Shown here in pieces: positions 11,784 through 20,692 of a DNA stretch of 64,000 nucleotides; the first letter of the stretch is position 1, and each line of letters starts with the position of its first letter. The position numbers and the translations under genes were made by a program. The DNA lies in NCBI GenBank assembly GCA_951812285.1, contig OX638292.1, positions 614,774-678,773 on the forward strand, in the 5' to 3' direction. Source of the stretch: an uncultured Dehalococcoidia bacterium (lineage in GTDB: Bacteria > Chloroflexota > Dehalococcoidia > Lucifugimonadales > UBA1127). The notes beneath the pieces are model-generated. The model did no database searches, had not been told where the DNA came from, and saw nothing but the letters and a program-made list of their open reading frames with translations.

Positions 11784-12524
11784 CTAGTCTGTGCCCAGGT
11801 TCCGCTTGAAGAAGGCCAGCGTGCGCGGCCAGGCGTCGTCGGACGCTTCCTTGTGGTAGCTGCCGCGGCCGTCGCAGAAGAAGCCGTGGCCGGCGCCATC
11901 GTAGACGTGGAACTCCACGTCCTTGCCCGCGTCCTTTAACGCCTGCTCGATGCGCTCGACGTGTGCGACGGGAATGCCTGCGTCCTCGGAGCCCCAGAAG
12001 CCGATGACCGGGCACGCGACCGCGCCGGCGTTGTCGAGGCCGTTGGGAGCGCCCGCGGGGGCGTCGTCGCGGGGGACGATGCCGCCGCCGTAGTAGATGG
12101 CCGCGGCGGAGATGCCGGGCACCGCGTGGGAGGCGAGGTAGACCACGCCGCCGCCGAAGCAGTAGCCCACGATGCCGACGTTGGAGTTGGCGTGGGCGTC
12201 GCCCTGCAGGTGGGCCATCAGCGCGTTCAGGTCGGCGGTGATGCCCTCAGGCGTGGTGGTGGCGCGCAATGCGAAGGCCTCTTCACGGTTGTCGTAGGAG
12301 ACGGTCAGGCCGTCGCCCTGCCGGTAGAACAGGTCGGGGGCCACGGCGTAGTAGCCCTCGGCGGCGAAGCGGCTGGCGACGTCCTTGATGTGGTCGTCAA
12401 CACCGAAGATCTCCTGGATCACAATGACCGCCGGGTGGGGGCCATCGCCCTCCGGGACATAGGCATAGCCGGTCATGGTGCCATCCGCCGTGGAGATGGC
12501 GAGTTCCTCAGATACAGTAGCCAT
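11784..12524 (-). CDS. Dienelactone hydrolase family protein
   Basis: 246 aa. VIVIQEIFGVDDHIKD, nucleophile region GIVGYCFGGG, C-terminal YDGAGHGFF. Confidence 0.85.
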   Translation of the reverse strand: MATVSEELAISTADGTMTGYAYVPEGDGPHPAVIVIQEIFGVDDHIKDVASRFAAEGYYAVAPDLFYRQGDGLTVSYDNREEAFALRATTTPEGITADLNALMAHLQGDAHANSNVGIVGYCFGGGVVYLASHAVPGISAAAIYYGGGIVPRDDAPAGAPNGLDNAGAVACPVIGFWGSEDAGIPVAHVERIEQALKDAGKDVEFHVYDGAGHGFFCDGRGSYHKEASDDAWPRTLAFFKRNLGTD

Positions 12525-12686
12525 AGTTCCTCCTCTGAATCTTGGGTATGCCCGTATTGTACTGAACCTGCCGCCGTCCGCAACCGCGATGCTGTTAACG
12601 CGGTGTTGCCGTGCTGCACCGGTGTGGCGCGCTCCGCACTCCCGTAACCCGTCGAAGGCGACTCTTGCGTTCGACGAGGCGGGTTG

Positions 12687-13028
12687 CTACATGTCGAAGC
12701 TTACGACGACTGCCGCGTTGACAATGACCGTGGAGTCGTCGCCCGCCTCGTTGGGGATCTCGAGGCCGCCCTGGACGACCTTGATGGTGTTGTTGTTGCC
12801 GTGGGGCAGTGCCTCGAGCACAGCCGGGCCGTCGACGGCGTCCGGGTCCGGCGCGGCGATGATTACGTCCACCAGCATCTCGTCGACGCCCTTGCCGAGG
12901 TGGCGGGCGGCGCCAAAGCTGTTGTGCCAGATGGCCTCGCGCACGGCGCGCTGCGCCGCCTTGGTGTAGTCGCGCCCGTGCAAGTCCACGCCCATGCCCA
13001 TCTCCAACAGAAACCGTTTCTTGGCCAT
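12687..13028 (-). CDS. Lin0512-family conserved protein
   Basis: 113 aa starting at MAKKRF (SD GAGGGGG). FLLEMGMGVDLHGRDYTKAAQRAVREAI matches my recollection of the Lin0512/TIGR02058 family. Confidence 0.6.
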   Translation of the reverse strand: MAKKRFLLEMGMGVDLHGRDYTKAAQRAVREAIWHNSFGAARHLGKGVDEMLVDVIIAAPDPDAVDGPAVLEALPHGNNNTIKVVQGGLEIPNEAGDDSTVIVNAAVVVSFDM

Positions 13029-13123
13029 ACAGGTATACCCCCTCGTAATCATTCGTCCGGTGAACGTATCATACGGGAGCCGACGTGGCCACGCTACTTG
13101 TGGCGCGGGAGAGGGAGGGCGTC

Positions 13124-13903
13124 ATGCACTGGTGCAGGTTTCGGGACGGCGACGGAGCCACCTACGGCGTCGTCGAAGGCGACACGGTCCGCGCCATGAG
13201 CGGCAGCCCCTTCGACGGCGGCGAGCCGGGCGACGAGACAAGGCCGCTGGCCGGCGTGAAGCTGCTCATCCCCTGCGTGCCACCGACCTTCTACGCAGCC
13301 GGCGCCAACTACCGCGCGCACCTCGCGTGGGCTGCGCAGGCCCTCGGCGGCAGCGGAGCGGCCCCACCCCGCGCTGACATCGGCTACCGCGCGGTCAACA
13401 GCCTGAACGCCCACGACGAAGCCATCGTCATCCCGCGCGACGCCACGGGGCCCGTGCAGGTCGAGGGCGAGCTGGCCGCGGTCATCGGCCGCACGGCGAA
13501 GGGGCTGACGCGCGAGAACGCCCTCGACTGCGTGCTCGGCTACACCATCGGCAACGACGTCAGCGAGCGCACGTGGCAGCGCGGCGACCGCACGCTGTGG
13601 CGCGCGAAGAACACGGACACCTTCAACCCCATGGGGCCGTGGGTCACCCCGGGTCTGGACCCGGAGGCGCTGACGGTCATCACTCGCATCAACGGCGACG
13701 AGGCCTCGCGGTATTCCACCGGCGACGCAATCTACTCGCTCGTCGACTTCCTGGTGGAGACCACCAAGTACGTCACGCTCTACGCCGGCGACGTCATGTG
13801 GCTCGGCTGCGACGGCGCCACGCCGGACATCGTTTCCGGCGACGTCGTGGAGATCGAGATCCCCGGCATCGGCACACTGCGCAACCCAGTCGAGGGGGAG
13901 TAG
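13124..13903 (+). CDS. Fumarylacetoacetate hydrolase (FAH) family protein
   Basis: 259 aa from the ATG at 13124 (SD GGGAGAGGGAGGG). EGELAAVIG...GYTIGNDVSER...K..DTF.P.GPW is typical of the FAH fold. Confidence 0.85.
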   Translation: MHWCRFRDGDGATYGVVEGDTVRAMSGSPFDGGEPGDETRPLAGVKLLIPCVPPTFYAAGANYRAHLAWAAQALGGSGAAPPRADIGYRAVNSLNAHDEAIVIPRDATGPVQVEGELAAVIGRTAKGLTRENALDCVLGYTIGNDVSERTWQRGDRTLWRAKNTDTFNPMGPWVTPGLDPEALTVITRINGDEASRYSTGDAIYSLVDFLVETTKYVTLYAGDVMWLGCDGATPDIVSGDVVEIEIPGIGTLRNPVEGE

Positions 13904-13964
13904 GCCAACCAGGGCGCTGCGGAGGAGCCCCGAGAGGCATGGCTTCGTCAAGGTGACGGACTGG

Positions 13965-16772
13965 TCATCCTGCGAAATACAGCTTGATGAGCTCCATCAC
14001 GGCTTGTTTGTCTATGAGCCCCCTGAAGTAATCGGCCACGGCCTCGATGACCTCGTCGCGTTCAATTGTGCCGTTACCGTTACGGTCGTATGGGCTCATG
14101 GAGGCTTCCGTCACCTCGATGGTCACCATGATGATGGCTCCAAAGCCTGCGCTGTCCGTAGCGGTGAGGTTGACGGTGTACGTGTCCCCCAGGGCGAGGT
14201 CGACCTCCTCCCTGACGCTGATTTGTCCGGTCTCCTCGTCGACGGCAAAGTGCAATGCATCGGTCCCACTCAACGAGTAGGTGATGGCGAGGTCATCCGG
14301 GTGCGTGGCCGTCACTGGGTCGCCGACTGCGGCATTGGGCCGCGCGTTTTCAGAGACGCTACGCGTTGTGCGGAAACCGTCGGCGAACTTGGGCGCGACG
14401 GGTGCTGGGCCAAAGCCACCCCCGCCGCCGCCCGGGGTCGTGGTCGTGGTTGAGGGCGAGGATTCCGAGGGCGGGTCTGTGGACTGGGGCGCTGGCGTGT
14501 AACCCGCCGAGTTGGCCGAGACATCGCTAGAGACCCATGGCCGGGCCTGCTTGATCGCAAGGCTATATGCGCTGGTGATCTTAAACTCAATTTCCATGGC
14601 GAACTGTTCGCCGGATTCCGGCTCGTACAGGCCCTTGAAGTGCCCGTGAATTTCGTACAGGTGTTGCTGCAGCTGCGTCAATTGCCCATTGCTCAAGAGG
14701 CGCACCCCTGGATCCACCTGATTGGAATAGCGAAGAAGGGTGGAGTTGGCGAAGTTGTCCAACAGGACTTCCTCCGGAATAGACAGCGCTTCAGGATTCG
14801 TGACCAAGTCCTCACCAATCTGGCTGTTCAAATAGTAGTAGTCGAACCTGCCTGCGATAGGATCGAAGCTGACGGCGACGCCGTTGACCCTTTCGTCCTG
14901 ATAGCTCGGGTGGACCAGGATTCCCATTGCGGCTGCCATGTGGTCGATGCGGTGAAAGTCACGTTCAACAAAAGCGCGGAAGTTCCACAGACTCGCGTAC
15001 ACCTCCTTGAGTGACTTAGCGAGATCGTCCTCGTCTTCCGATGGCTTTTGGCTCTTGGAGTCGTACAGCCCCGCACCGTTGAAGCCGGGCAGGTCCTCGT
15101 TGTTGGTGCTGGAACGGTAGCGGCGGTTGATCCCCTCCGGGAACCCCTCATTCATGGTCTCGATTGCTGAGATGATCCAGGCAGGCGTGTCCCCATCCTC
15201 AATGTCTTTGCGGAGTTCCTTGAGTTTGGATTTCTGGGTGTCGAAGTCTGTTTGAAAGTCGTAGTCGGCCAACATTTCTCTGATGTCCTCATAAAAGCCG
15301 TTGTGCTTCATGAACTCATCGTAGAAATAAAACGGGATAGCATACCCGTCCGGGACGGTGCCGGCCGGGAAACCGAGCCTCCGAAGCTCCGCTACATTAG
15401 CCGCCTTCACGCCGAACGCGTCCCAGTCGTGGAAGCCGATATCCCCAAGCGGAGTGATGGACGTGACCGAGAGGTCCCGTTGCGGCGTCTGTGCCCTGGC
15501 AGGCCGGGACGACGCATAGTGGTTGTCGACCTCACGCTTGGTGGCCGCCCGCACGGTGTACCCGTCCATTGACACCGTGTAGTAAACGTAGCTGCCTAGA
15601 AGCGCACTTATCGCGGACTTGTCGAGGGCATTGCGGATGAAGGCGTTGGGAACGCTGTCCTGGACGGCGCGGAGGTTGACGTGGGAGAGCGGCGTTTGCT
15701 GCACCGTCGTGATGATGCCCGCAACGCGCGGCAACTCGTTGGGCAGAGCCTCGTAAATAACTACGTCCCGGGGGTTGGGCGAGTCGTCGGGATCCATGGA
15801 CCGCAGCAGCCCGTACCCCTCCGCCTTGTTCATCGGGACATAGTCACTGTCAGAAAAGACGTCATTGTCACGCAGGAGGTTAATCCGGGACGCCTGATAC
15901 AGCGACAAGCCACCATGTGCAAGCCGCAATTGCTCGCGCATATGCAGTGCTAAGTCGTTCTCAAGTAGCGGAATGTTCGCGGCTATAAGCGTGTAGAGGA
16001 GATCATTTACGGAATAGGGTTCCCTGCGGTGAATCCATATGGAGTAGAGTCCTTCATTGCCGTCGGGTGACTGGAGTTCGGGGTGATAGGTGAGCAAACC
16101 GTTGAAGTTGTCGTCCGACGCGCTCTCCTCGACGCCCAGGGCAGCAAGGGCGGTCTCAAAGGTGCCGTGGTACGGGTGCGTATTGGTGTTAATGAAGTAA
16201 ATGCGCGGATTACCGCTGTACAGTCCGTACACAATGAACTTGATGTACCGGCCAGTCTTGGCAAGCTGCACGAATGTGTGTTGGTCGGGGATGGCCACTA
16301 CGCCGTCGCTGAGGGGGACGGCGGCAGCCGAGTTCACAGGGTTCTTGCTCACCGGGTCCGCAAGCTCGGTGATGTCGTCGATGCAGTCACCGTCGACATC
16401 TGCCGGGTGGGAGATGAGGTGCTTCTCCACCCGGTAACGCTCCATGGGAAGCGCCGCCACGTTCTCGGCGAGGGTGGTTGAGCCAGCTGCGCCCCTCTTC
16501 ACCAGGATCGGTATCTCAATTGTGGTGTCCGCATCGATGTCGTGCCGCGCATAGAGGACGAAGTAGTCGGAGGTGGTGGAATCGACCACGATGGGAACGG
16601 CGGAAACCTCAACTGCAGTCGGCGTTGGGTCAAGACCGCCTCCCGGGCACGTCTCATCAGCGGTACCGTCGCCGTCTTGGGCGTACGCGGGAGAGCCAAG
16701 GAACCCGGTTAACGCCCCGGAGAGGAGGAGCAATGCAAGTATTACCAGAATTAGATTACGGGAACTTACCAT
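13965..16772 (-). CDS. Exported multidomain protein: signal peptide, unknown N-terminal region, PEP-utilizer swivel-His-like domain, PPDK_N-type ATP-grasp domain, S/T/P/G linker, cadherin-like domain, dockerin/EF-hand-like tail
   Basis: Start ATG at 16772 gives MVSSRNLILVILALLLLSGALTGFLGSPAYA|QDG. Swivel-like segment: VVIYEALPNELPRVAGIITTVQQTPLSHVNLRAVQDSVPNAFI...SMDGYTV (His codon at 15681-15683). ATP-grasp segment: GVKAANVAELRRLG...YRSSTNNEDLPGFNGAGLYDS...EIEFKITSAYSLAIKQARPW. Cadherin-like segment: AITYSLSGTDALHFAVDEETGQISV...YTVNLTATDSAG. C-terminal tail: DRNGNGTIERDEVIEAV. The gene is visibly lower in GC than its neighbours. Confidence 0.8.
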   Translation of the reverse strand: MVSSRNLILVILALLLLSGALTGFLGSPAYAQDGDGTADETCPGGGLDPTPTAVEVSAVPIVVDSTTSDYFVLYARHDIDADTTIEIPILVKRGAAGSTTLAENVAALPMERYRVEKHLISHPADVDGDCIDDITELADPVSKNPVNSAAAVPLSDGVVAIPDQHTFVQLAKTGRYIKFIVYGLYSGNPRIYFINTNTHPYHGTFETALAALGVEESASDDNFNGLLTYHPELQSPDGNEGLYSIWIHRREPYSVNDLLYTLIAANIPLLENDLALHMREQLRLAHGGLSLYQASRINLLRDNDVFSDSDYVPMNKAEGYGLLRSMDPDDSPNPRDVVIYEALPNELPRVAGIITTVQQTPLSHVNLRAVQDSVPNAFIRNALDKSAISALLGSYVYYTVSMDGYTVRAATKREVDNHYASSRPARAQTPQRDLSVTSITPLGDIGFHDWDAFGVKAANVAELRRLGFPAGTVPDGYAIPFYFYDEFMKHNGFYEDIREMLADYDFQTDFDTQKSKLKELRKDIEDGDTPAWIISAIETMNEGFPEGINRRYRSSTNNEDLPGFNGAGLYDSKSQKPSEDEDDLAKSLKEVYASLWNFRAFVERDFHRIDHMAAAMGILVHPSYQDERVNGVAVSFDPIAGRFDYYYLNSQIGEDLVTNPEALSIPEEVLLDNFANSTLLRYSNQVDPGVRLLSNGQLTQLQQHLYEIHGHFKGLYEPESGEQFAMEIEFKITSAYSLAIKQARPWVSSDVSANSAGYTPAPQSTDPPSESSPSTTTTTPGGGGGGFGPAPVAPKFADGFRTTRSVSENARPNAAVGDPVTATHPDDLAITYSLSGTDALHFAVDEETGQISVREEVDLALGDTYTVNLTATDSAGFGAIIMVTIEVTEASMSPYDRNGNGTIERDEVIEAVADYFRGLIDKQAVMELIKLYFAG

Positions 16773-16823
16773 GAGAATGGTAACTCCATCACACCAACCC
16801 AAGGGAACCACACTCACTAAGCA

Positions 16824-16853
16824 TTTATACCAGTATTAATACATCGATGTAAA
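16824..16853 (-). promoter_or_regulatory. Sigma-70-type promoter for the exported multidomain protein gene
   Basis: Minus strand reads TTTACA-N18-TATAAA. The -10 element lies about 50 nt upstream of the ATG at 16772. Confidence 0.55.
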
Positions 16854-17235
16854 TGTTCTTCCCGTGAGCAACAAAGGCCTTAAGCACTTGCGATGTAAAG
16901 GAGATGGTTATCCCAGGCTGCGGCAGGCTCCGGAACCCGTGGGGGAAATGAGGCCGGAGGGAGCCCAATTCGACGGCCCCGGTAACTCGTCGCCAGCGCC
17001 ATTGGCATTCTCGAGACCCTTGTCTCTTTTTCCCCGCCGTAGAGCTCACCCACCCCGTTGCATCGCAACACCGCAAAGCCCTCTCCAGTCTCAATTTGTC
17101 GAATTCCGTAACCCCGCCGCTACCGAAATTAAACCCAGTTCGTTTCAATAATTAGAGAATCCAGTTACAGGAGTTCGGCAAAATAGGTTGAAAAGAAGAG
17201 CTTGGAAAAGCTTTAAGGCTGAGAGGGAGGAAGAT

Positions 17236-17367
17236 ATGTACGCGTTCAAAGGCGACTACCGACTCAACAGGGTCCGGCCCGTTTTGGCGATCGCGGCGCT
17301 CGGTTGCGCTGCCGCCGCGCTGTTGGCCGTACGGGCCCGGCGACATTGCAGGGACTGGCTCGACTAG
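17236..17367 (+). CDS. Candidate 43-aa single-TM small protein (not in ORF track)
   Basis: ATG preceded by GAGGGAGGAAG. Translation: MYAFKGDYRLNRVRPVLAIAALGCAAAALLAVRARRHCRDWLD. Followed by a 10-bp hairpin at 17412-17435. No homology evidence available. Confidence 0.3.
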   Translation: MYAFKGDYRLNRVRPVLAIAALGCAAAALLAVRARRHCRDWLD

Positions 17368-17737
17368 CCGCTCGACATGGGTGGCTTCAGGAAGCCCACC
17401 TCTCTCCAGTGGCGTCCGCAGCCTGCTGCGGGCGCCAATGGGCTTTCAGGGCCGCAGATGGCGGGAAGGGTTTGCGGGCAAGGGTTTACCGGCCGTCAGA
17501 CCGCCCTACCGAAAGTCTTAGCCTAATGCTGCCAGCACAATTGGCCCAAAAACAACCAAATGTCTTGCAATTCAGATAAGGCCGTGTGGACAATAAATGT
17601 AAGGGGCCTCGACTGAACAGCGGGCAAACAAACTGGAGAACCGGCGCCGGCAACCCACGACGTCACTCTCCGATGCCCGAGTAGATAGGCAACAAGGCGG
17701 TCTCAAGAGGCGTGGCTGTTACAGCCAGGAGATAGAT

Positions 17738-18928
17738 ATGAGAAGTCGGATATTCTTGGCACTCGCAGTTTTGTTGGCGTTGGCAACGTTCGCATTCGCT
17801 GCCTGCGGCGGCGAAGAGGAAGAAGCGCAGGTGACAGAACCCGCTCCGGTAACGGAGCCCGCACCGGCGCCCGAGCCTGAAACCGTCACGGAGCCGGAGC
17901 CGACGGTCGTGATGTCGGGCGGCCTGCAGCTATCCATAGATTGCCTTGACGGCGGCGGGTTGACCGACGTTGAGACGGTCATCTCATGCAACCACCAGGC
18001 GATGGAAGGGTTCACGACCTTCTCGTTTGACGGCACGTTCGACCTGACGGCTGCGTTCCCCGTGCCGGGTGCGCCAGTCGGCGGCGCGTCCATCAAGCTG
18101 AACGGCGGCATGATCAAGCCGGACAGGACCAGCTTTACGCTGACGCTCGGCCCAGAGGGTCAGACGATCGAGACGGGCGGCATCCTCATCGGTGATGACT
18201 TCTACACGCAGGACCCGGCGTCACAGTTGTGGTTGAAGGGCGCGCCGGGGGACGACCAGTCGCTGGCGCCCCTGCAGCTGGTCGGCATGCTGTTCCTGCC
18301 CCAGGACGTCCCCACCACGCTGGATGGCGTCATCGAGCTTGAAGACGGCAGCAAGGCATACGTCCTCCTCTCGGACGAGAGCGACCTCGGCGAGGAGGCC
18401 GCCATGTTCGGCCTCGCGGAGAGCGGGATCACCCGACTCGTCGGCGTGGACGACTTCCTGACGAGGGAGGTCCGCGTCACCGTTGAGGGCACCGACGGCG
18501 AGACCCGTGACCTGTTCTCGGTCCGCTACCACGGGTTCGGCGAGGACCTGAGCATCGAGGCGCCCGAGAGCTTCGTGGAGCTCCCTCCCGACGCGTTCTC
18601 AGGCGGCGGCCCGCAGGAGCCGGCGACGGTGCTGGGGCTCGCGCGCAACGCCGACGGCCACGTGGAGGTGCAGTTCAGCAAGCCCGTATTCGTGGAGGGC
18701 GAGGTGATCCTGTACGTCCTGGAGCCATCGACCGGCGGGTGGGAGCTTCCGCTCCTCAGCGGAAGCGGCACGGCCACGCTCGTCTTCGACGCTGCGCCGG
18801 AGGGCAGTCCTGCGCTGGTGACCGGCGAAAGCGAGATTGCCTGGATCGGATTCGGCATGGACGCGGAAATCCTGGATGCCGACGGCGTACGCGCCAACGA
18901 CCTCTTCGACACCTGGACGTACGAGTAA
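17738..18928 (+). CDS. Hypothetical lipoprotein
   Basis: 396 aa. SD AGGAGA. Signal peptide MRSRIFLALAVLLALATFAFAAC with a lipobox-like FAAC, then an acidic P/E/T-rich linker. No family recognised. Confidence 0.7.
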   Translation: MRSRIFLALAVLLALATFAFAACGGEEEEAQVTEPAPVTEPAPAPEPETVTEPEPTVVMSGGLQLSIDCLDGGGLTDVETVISCNHQAMEGFTTFSFDGTFDLTAAFPVPGAPVGGASIKLNGGMIKPDRTSFTLTLGPEGQTIETGGILIGDDFYTQDPASQLWLKGAPGDDQSLAPLQLVGMLFLPQDVPTTLDGVIELEDGSKAYVLLSDESDLGEEAAMFGLAESGITRLVGVDDFLTREVRVTVEGTDGETRDLFSVRYHGFGEDLSIEAPESFVELPPDAFSGGGPQEPATVLGLARNADGHVEVQFSKPVFVEGEVILYVLEPSTGGWELPLLSGSGTATLVFDAAPEGSPALVTGESEIAWIGFGMDAEILDADGVRANDLFDTWTYE

Positions 18929-18935
18929 GCGCGCA

Positions 18936-18990
18936 GAGGGGTGGCCGGGTGCACCAACCGCAACTTCGTTGGGTTGCCCGGCCACTCCTC
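18936..18990. terminator. Long branched hairpin between convergent genes
   Basis: 14-bp stem GAGGGGTGGCCGGG / CCCGGCCACTCCTC (one G-U pair) enclosing an inner CAACC/GGTTG stem. No clear T-tract. Confidence 0.4.
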
Positions 18991-19086
18991 TCGAGGTCAC
19001 TGCTTGTGGGTGGTCCCCCTCTGCAAAGGTGAAGATCGTCATCGGAGCCTTGGGAAGAGATGCCCCTCAAACCAGAACGCTTCCCG

Positions 19087-19740
19087 CTACTCGGCCTGGG
19101 GTTCATTGATCTTGAGCACCGTTAGCGGGGTCGGGTTGGGGTCTACGGGAAAGGAGACAAACACCTGCACCTGGGCGCTTTCTGGGGACTCGTCATCGTG
19201 CGGGTAGTGGGCGATGTGCCAAAAGTCTTCGGACCGCTGTAGCACAAATGTGACGCGGTCGCCGGGCTCCGGTGGGACATTGGGAACAGGAACAGGCGTG
19301 ACCACGATGAACTCCGCCGTTTGTTCGTCCAACAATCCGAGCCCGCCCGCCGACCTCTCAGATCCCTCGTTGGTCAGACGGCCGAACTTGACCAGTACCC
19401 GGCCGTCGTCCAGGAGCTGCATGAGCGCTTTCAACGATGGAGCTTCGTGAATTGTTGGAATGCCGTCGCTGTCAAAATCGGCGCCATGCAGATAGCAGCC
19501 TATGTAATGCCCACCCTCCTCATCATTTGCCTGGTAGAGGTCGGCCATAGCGAGGACCATGTTCTCCGGAGTGGCGCACCAGAAGTGATTGGGCAACGGG
19601 CAATCCACGTGGTAGGCCCTGATCAGTCCCACCAGCACGTCGACACCATGCTGAGCCAGCTCTCCATTGCTCAAGCGGCCCCAGGTGGCAATGGAGATCG
19701 TATCGCCTTCTTCGTACGGGACATCGCTTTGCAAGGTCAC
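19087..19740 (-). CDS. Hypothetical cytoplasmic protein
   Basis: 217-aa ORF, no signal peptide or TM segment, no recognisable motif. GC content looks lower than in core genes. Confidence 0.55.
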   Translation of the reverse strand: MTLQSDVPYEEGDTISIATWGRLSNGELAQHGVDVLVGLIRAYHVDCPLPNHFWCATPENMVLAMADLYQANDEEGGHYIGCYLHGADFDSDGIPTIHEAPSLKALMQLLDDGRVLVKFGRLTNEGSERSAGGLGLLDEQTAEFIVVTPVPVPNVPPEPGDRVTFVLQRSEDFWHIAHYPHDDESPESAQVQVFVSFPVDPNPTPLTVLKINEPQAE

Positions 19741-19943
19741 ACAACCCTTCTGGACGGTAGTTGTTGGTTACGGCAACACTTCTGGCTGCAATGTAGTGCC
19801 TCAAATCGCGGCACATGAGACAAGCGGTGGTTCCAATTGCGCCGGAGCGCCAAGTCCGCCTCCGCCGCTGTGACCATTCTGCTGGTATTGAACGCCGGCC
19901 GGCTCAATCGGCTTGCACCACGTAGGTCACCGCTCGCCTCCAC

Positions 19944-20345
19944 CTACCCCGGCGCCAATCCCATGACCATGTCCCGAAGGGTGACGATGCCCACGGGGTC
20001 TCCCGCCTCGTCAACCACCAGCGTCCGCGACACGCCGAAGTGCACGAGCAGGCGTGCGGCGTAGCGGGCCTGCATCTGCCCGCGGACGGTCAGCACCGGC
20101 TTCGACATGATCTCGTACACGTTCACACGGTCCGCGGCCCGGTTGGTGGCGACTACCTCGCGCGCGATGTCCGTTACCGTGATCACGCCCAGTTCGTCGT
20201 CGCCGCTCCGGCGCTCGACCACCAGTGAGCTAACGTTGTATTCCTTCATGGCGGCCATCGCCTGCGCCACCGTGGCTAGGCCGTCAATTGTCTTGACGCC
20301 GGACACCATAAGATCGGAGATACGTATCGTATTTGGCTGGGTCAT
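19944..20345 (-). CDS. CBS-pair domain protein
   Basis: 133 aa with two CBS repeats (MVSGVKTIDGLATVAQAMAAMKEYNVSSLVV... and IMSKPVLTVRGQMQARYAARLLVHFGVSRTLVV). Start overlaps the upstream stop in ATGA. Confidence 0.85.
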   Translation of the reverse strand: MTQPNTIRISDLMVSGVKTIDGLATVAQAMAAMKEYNVSSLVVERRSGDDELGVITVTDIAREVVATNRAADRVNVYEIMSKPVLTVRGQMQARYAARLLVHFGVSRTLVVDEAGDPVGIVTLRDMVMGLAPG

Positions 20346-20692
20346 ATAGCGCCCTCCAACTCCGCCAACAGGGCGGTCATCTGGGAGTTCAACCCCACGG
20401 CGTCCAGAATTTCCAACTGGACTGCAATGCCGGCGCCTTCCTGCGACTCCATTTGTCCGGCGTCGCGGATCCGCTCCAGGATTTCGCGGGCTCGCGGTTC
20501 CGTGACAAGGAAGAGGAGCACGTCCCGGTTCACACCGAATCGCAGGCCGAAGAACGACCTGCCAGGTTGCAGCCCCTCTCCCCGCACGCTCTTGATGATG
20601 GTGGCGCCGGTTGCCCCGCTGGCCCGCGCCGCATCGATGACCGCCTCGGTCTTGTCGTCATCGACCATCGCAACAACAAGTGACAGCTTCAT
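20342..20692 (-). CDS. P-II-fold (P-II-like) small signalling protein, not GlnB/GlnK
   Basis: 116 aa. MKLSLVVAMVDDDKTEAVIDAARASGATGATIIKSVRGEG... has a beta-alpha-beta x2 pattern with a loop between the halves. ATGA overlaps on both sides. Confidence 0.7.
   Translation of the reverse strand: MKLSLVVAMVDDDKTEAVIDAARASGATGATIIKSVRGEGLQPGRSFFGLRFGVNRDVLLFLVTEPRAREILERIRDAGQMESQEGAGIAVQLEILDAVGLNSQMTALLAELEGAI

Noticed and set aside
13965-16772. PEP synthase or pyruvate phosphate dikinase.
   Set aside because: It lacks the C-terminal PEP/pyruvate TIM-barrel domain. The His and ATP-grasp domains are in reversed order. It carries a signal peptide plus cadherin-like and dockerin-like modules.
16890-17035. 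Known structured RNA: c-di-AMP/ydaO-like riboswitch, SRP RNA or RNase P RNA. Sequences such as CCGGAACCCGTGGGGGAAAT and GGAGGGAGCCCAAT recall ydaO motifs.
   Set aside because: The order of the conserved blocks does not match ydaO. The SRP domain IV and RNase P universal motifs (GAGGAAAGUCC and similar) are absent on both strands. I kept the region only as an unexplained structured stretch.
20342-20692. A second GlnB/GlnK nitrogen regulator.
   Set aside because: It lacks the GRQKG/T-loop and IGDGKIF signatures seen in the genuine GlnK at 44195-44548. I called it only a P-II-fold-like protein.
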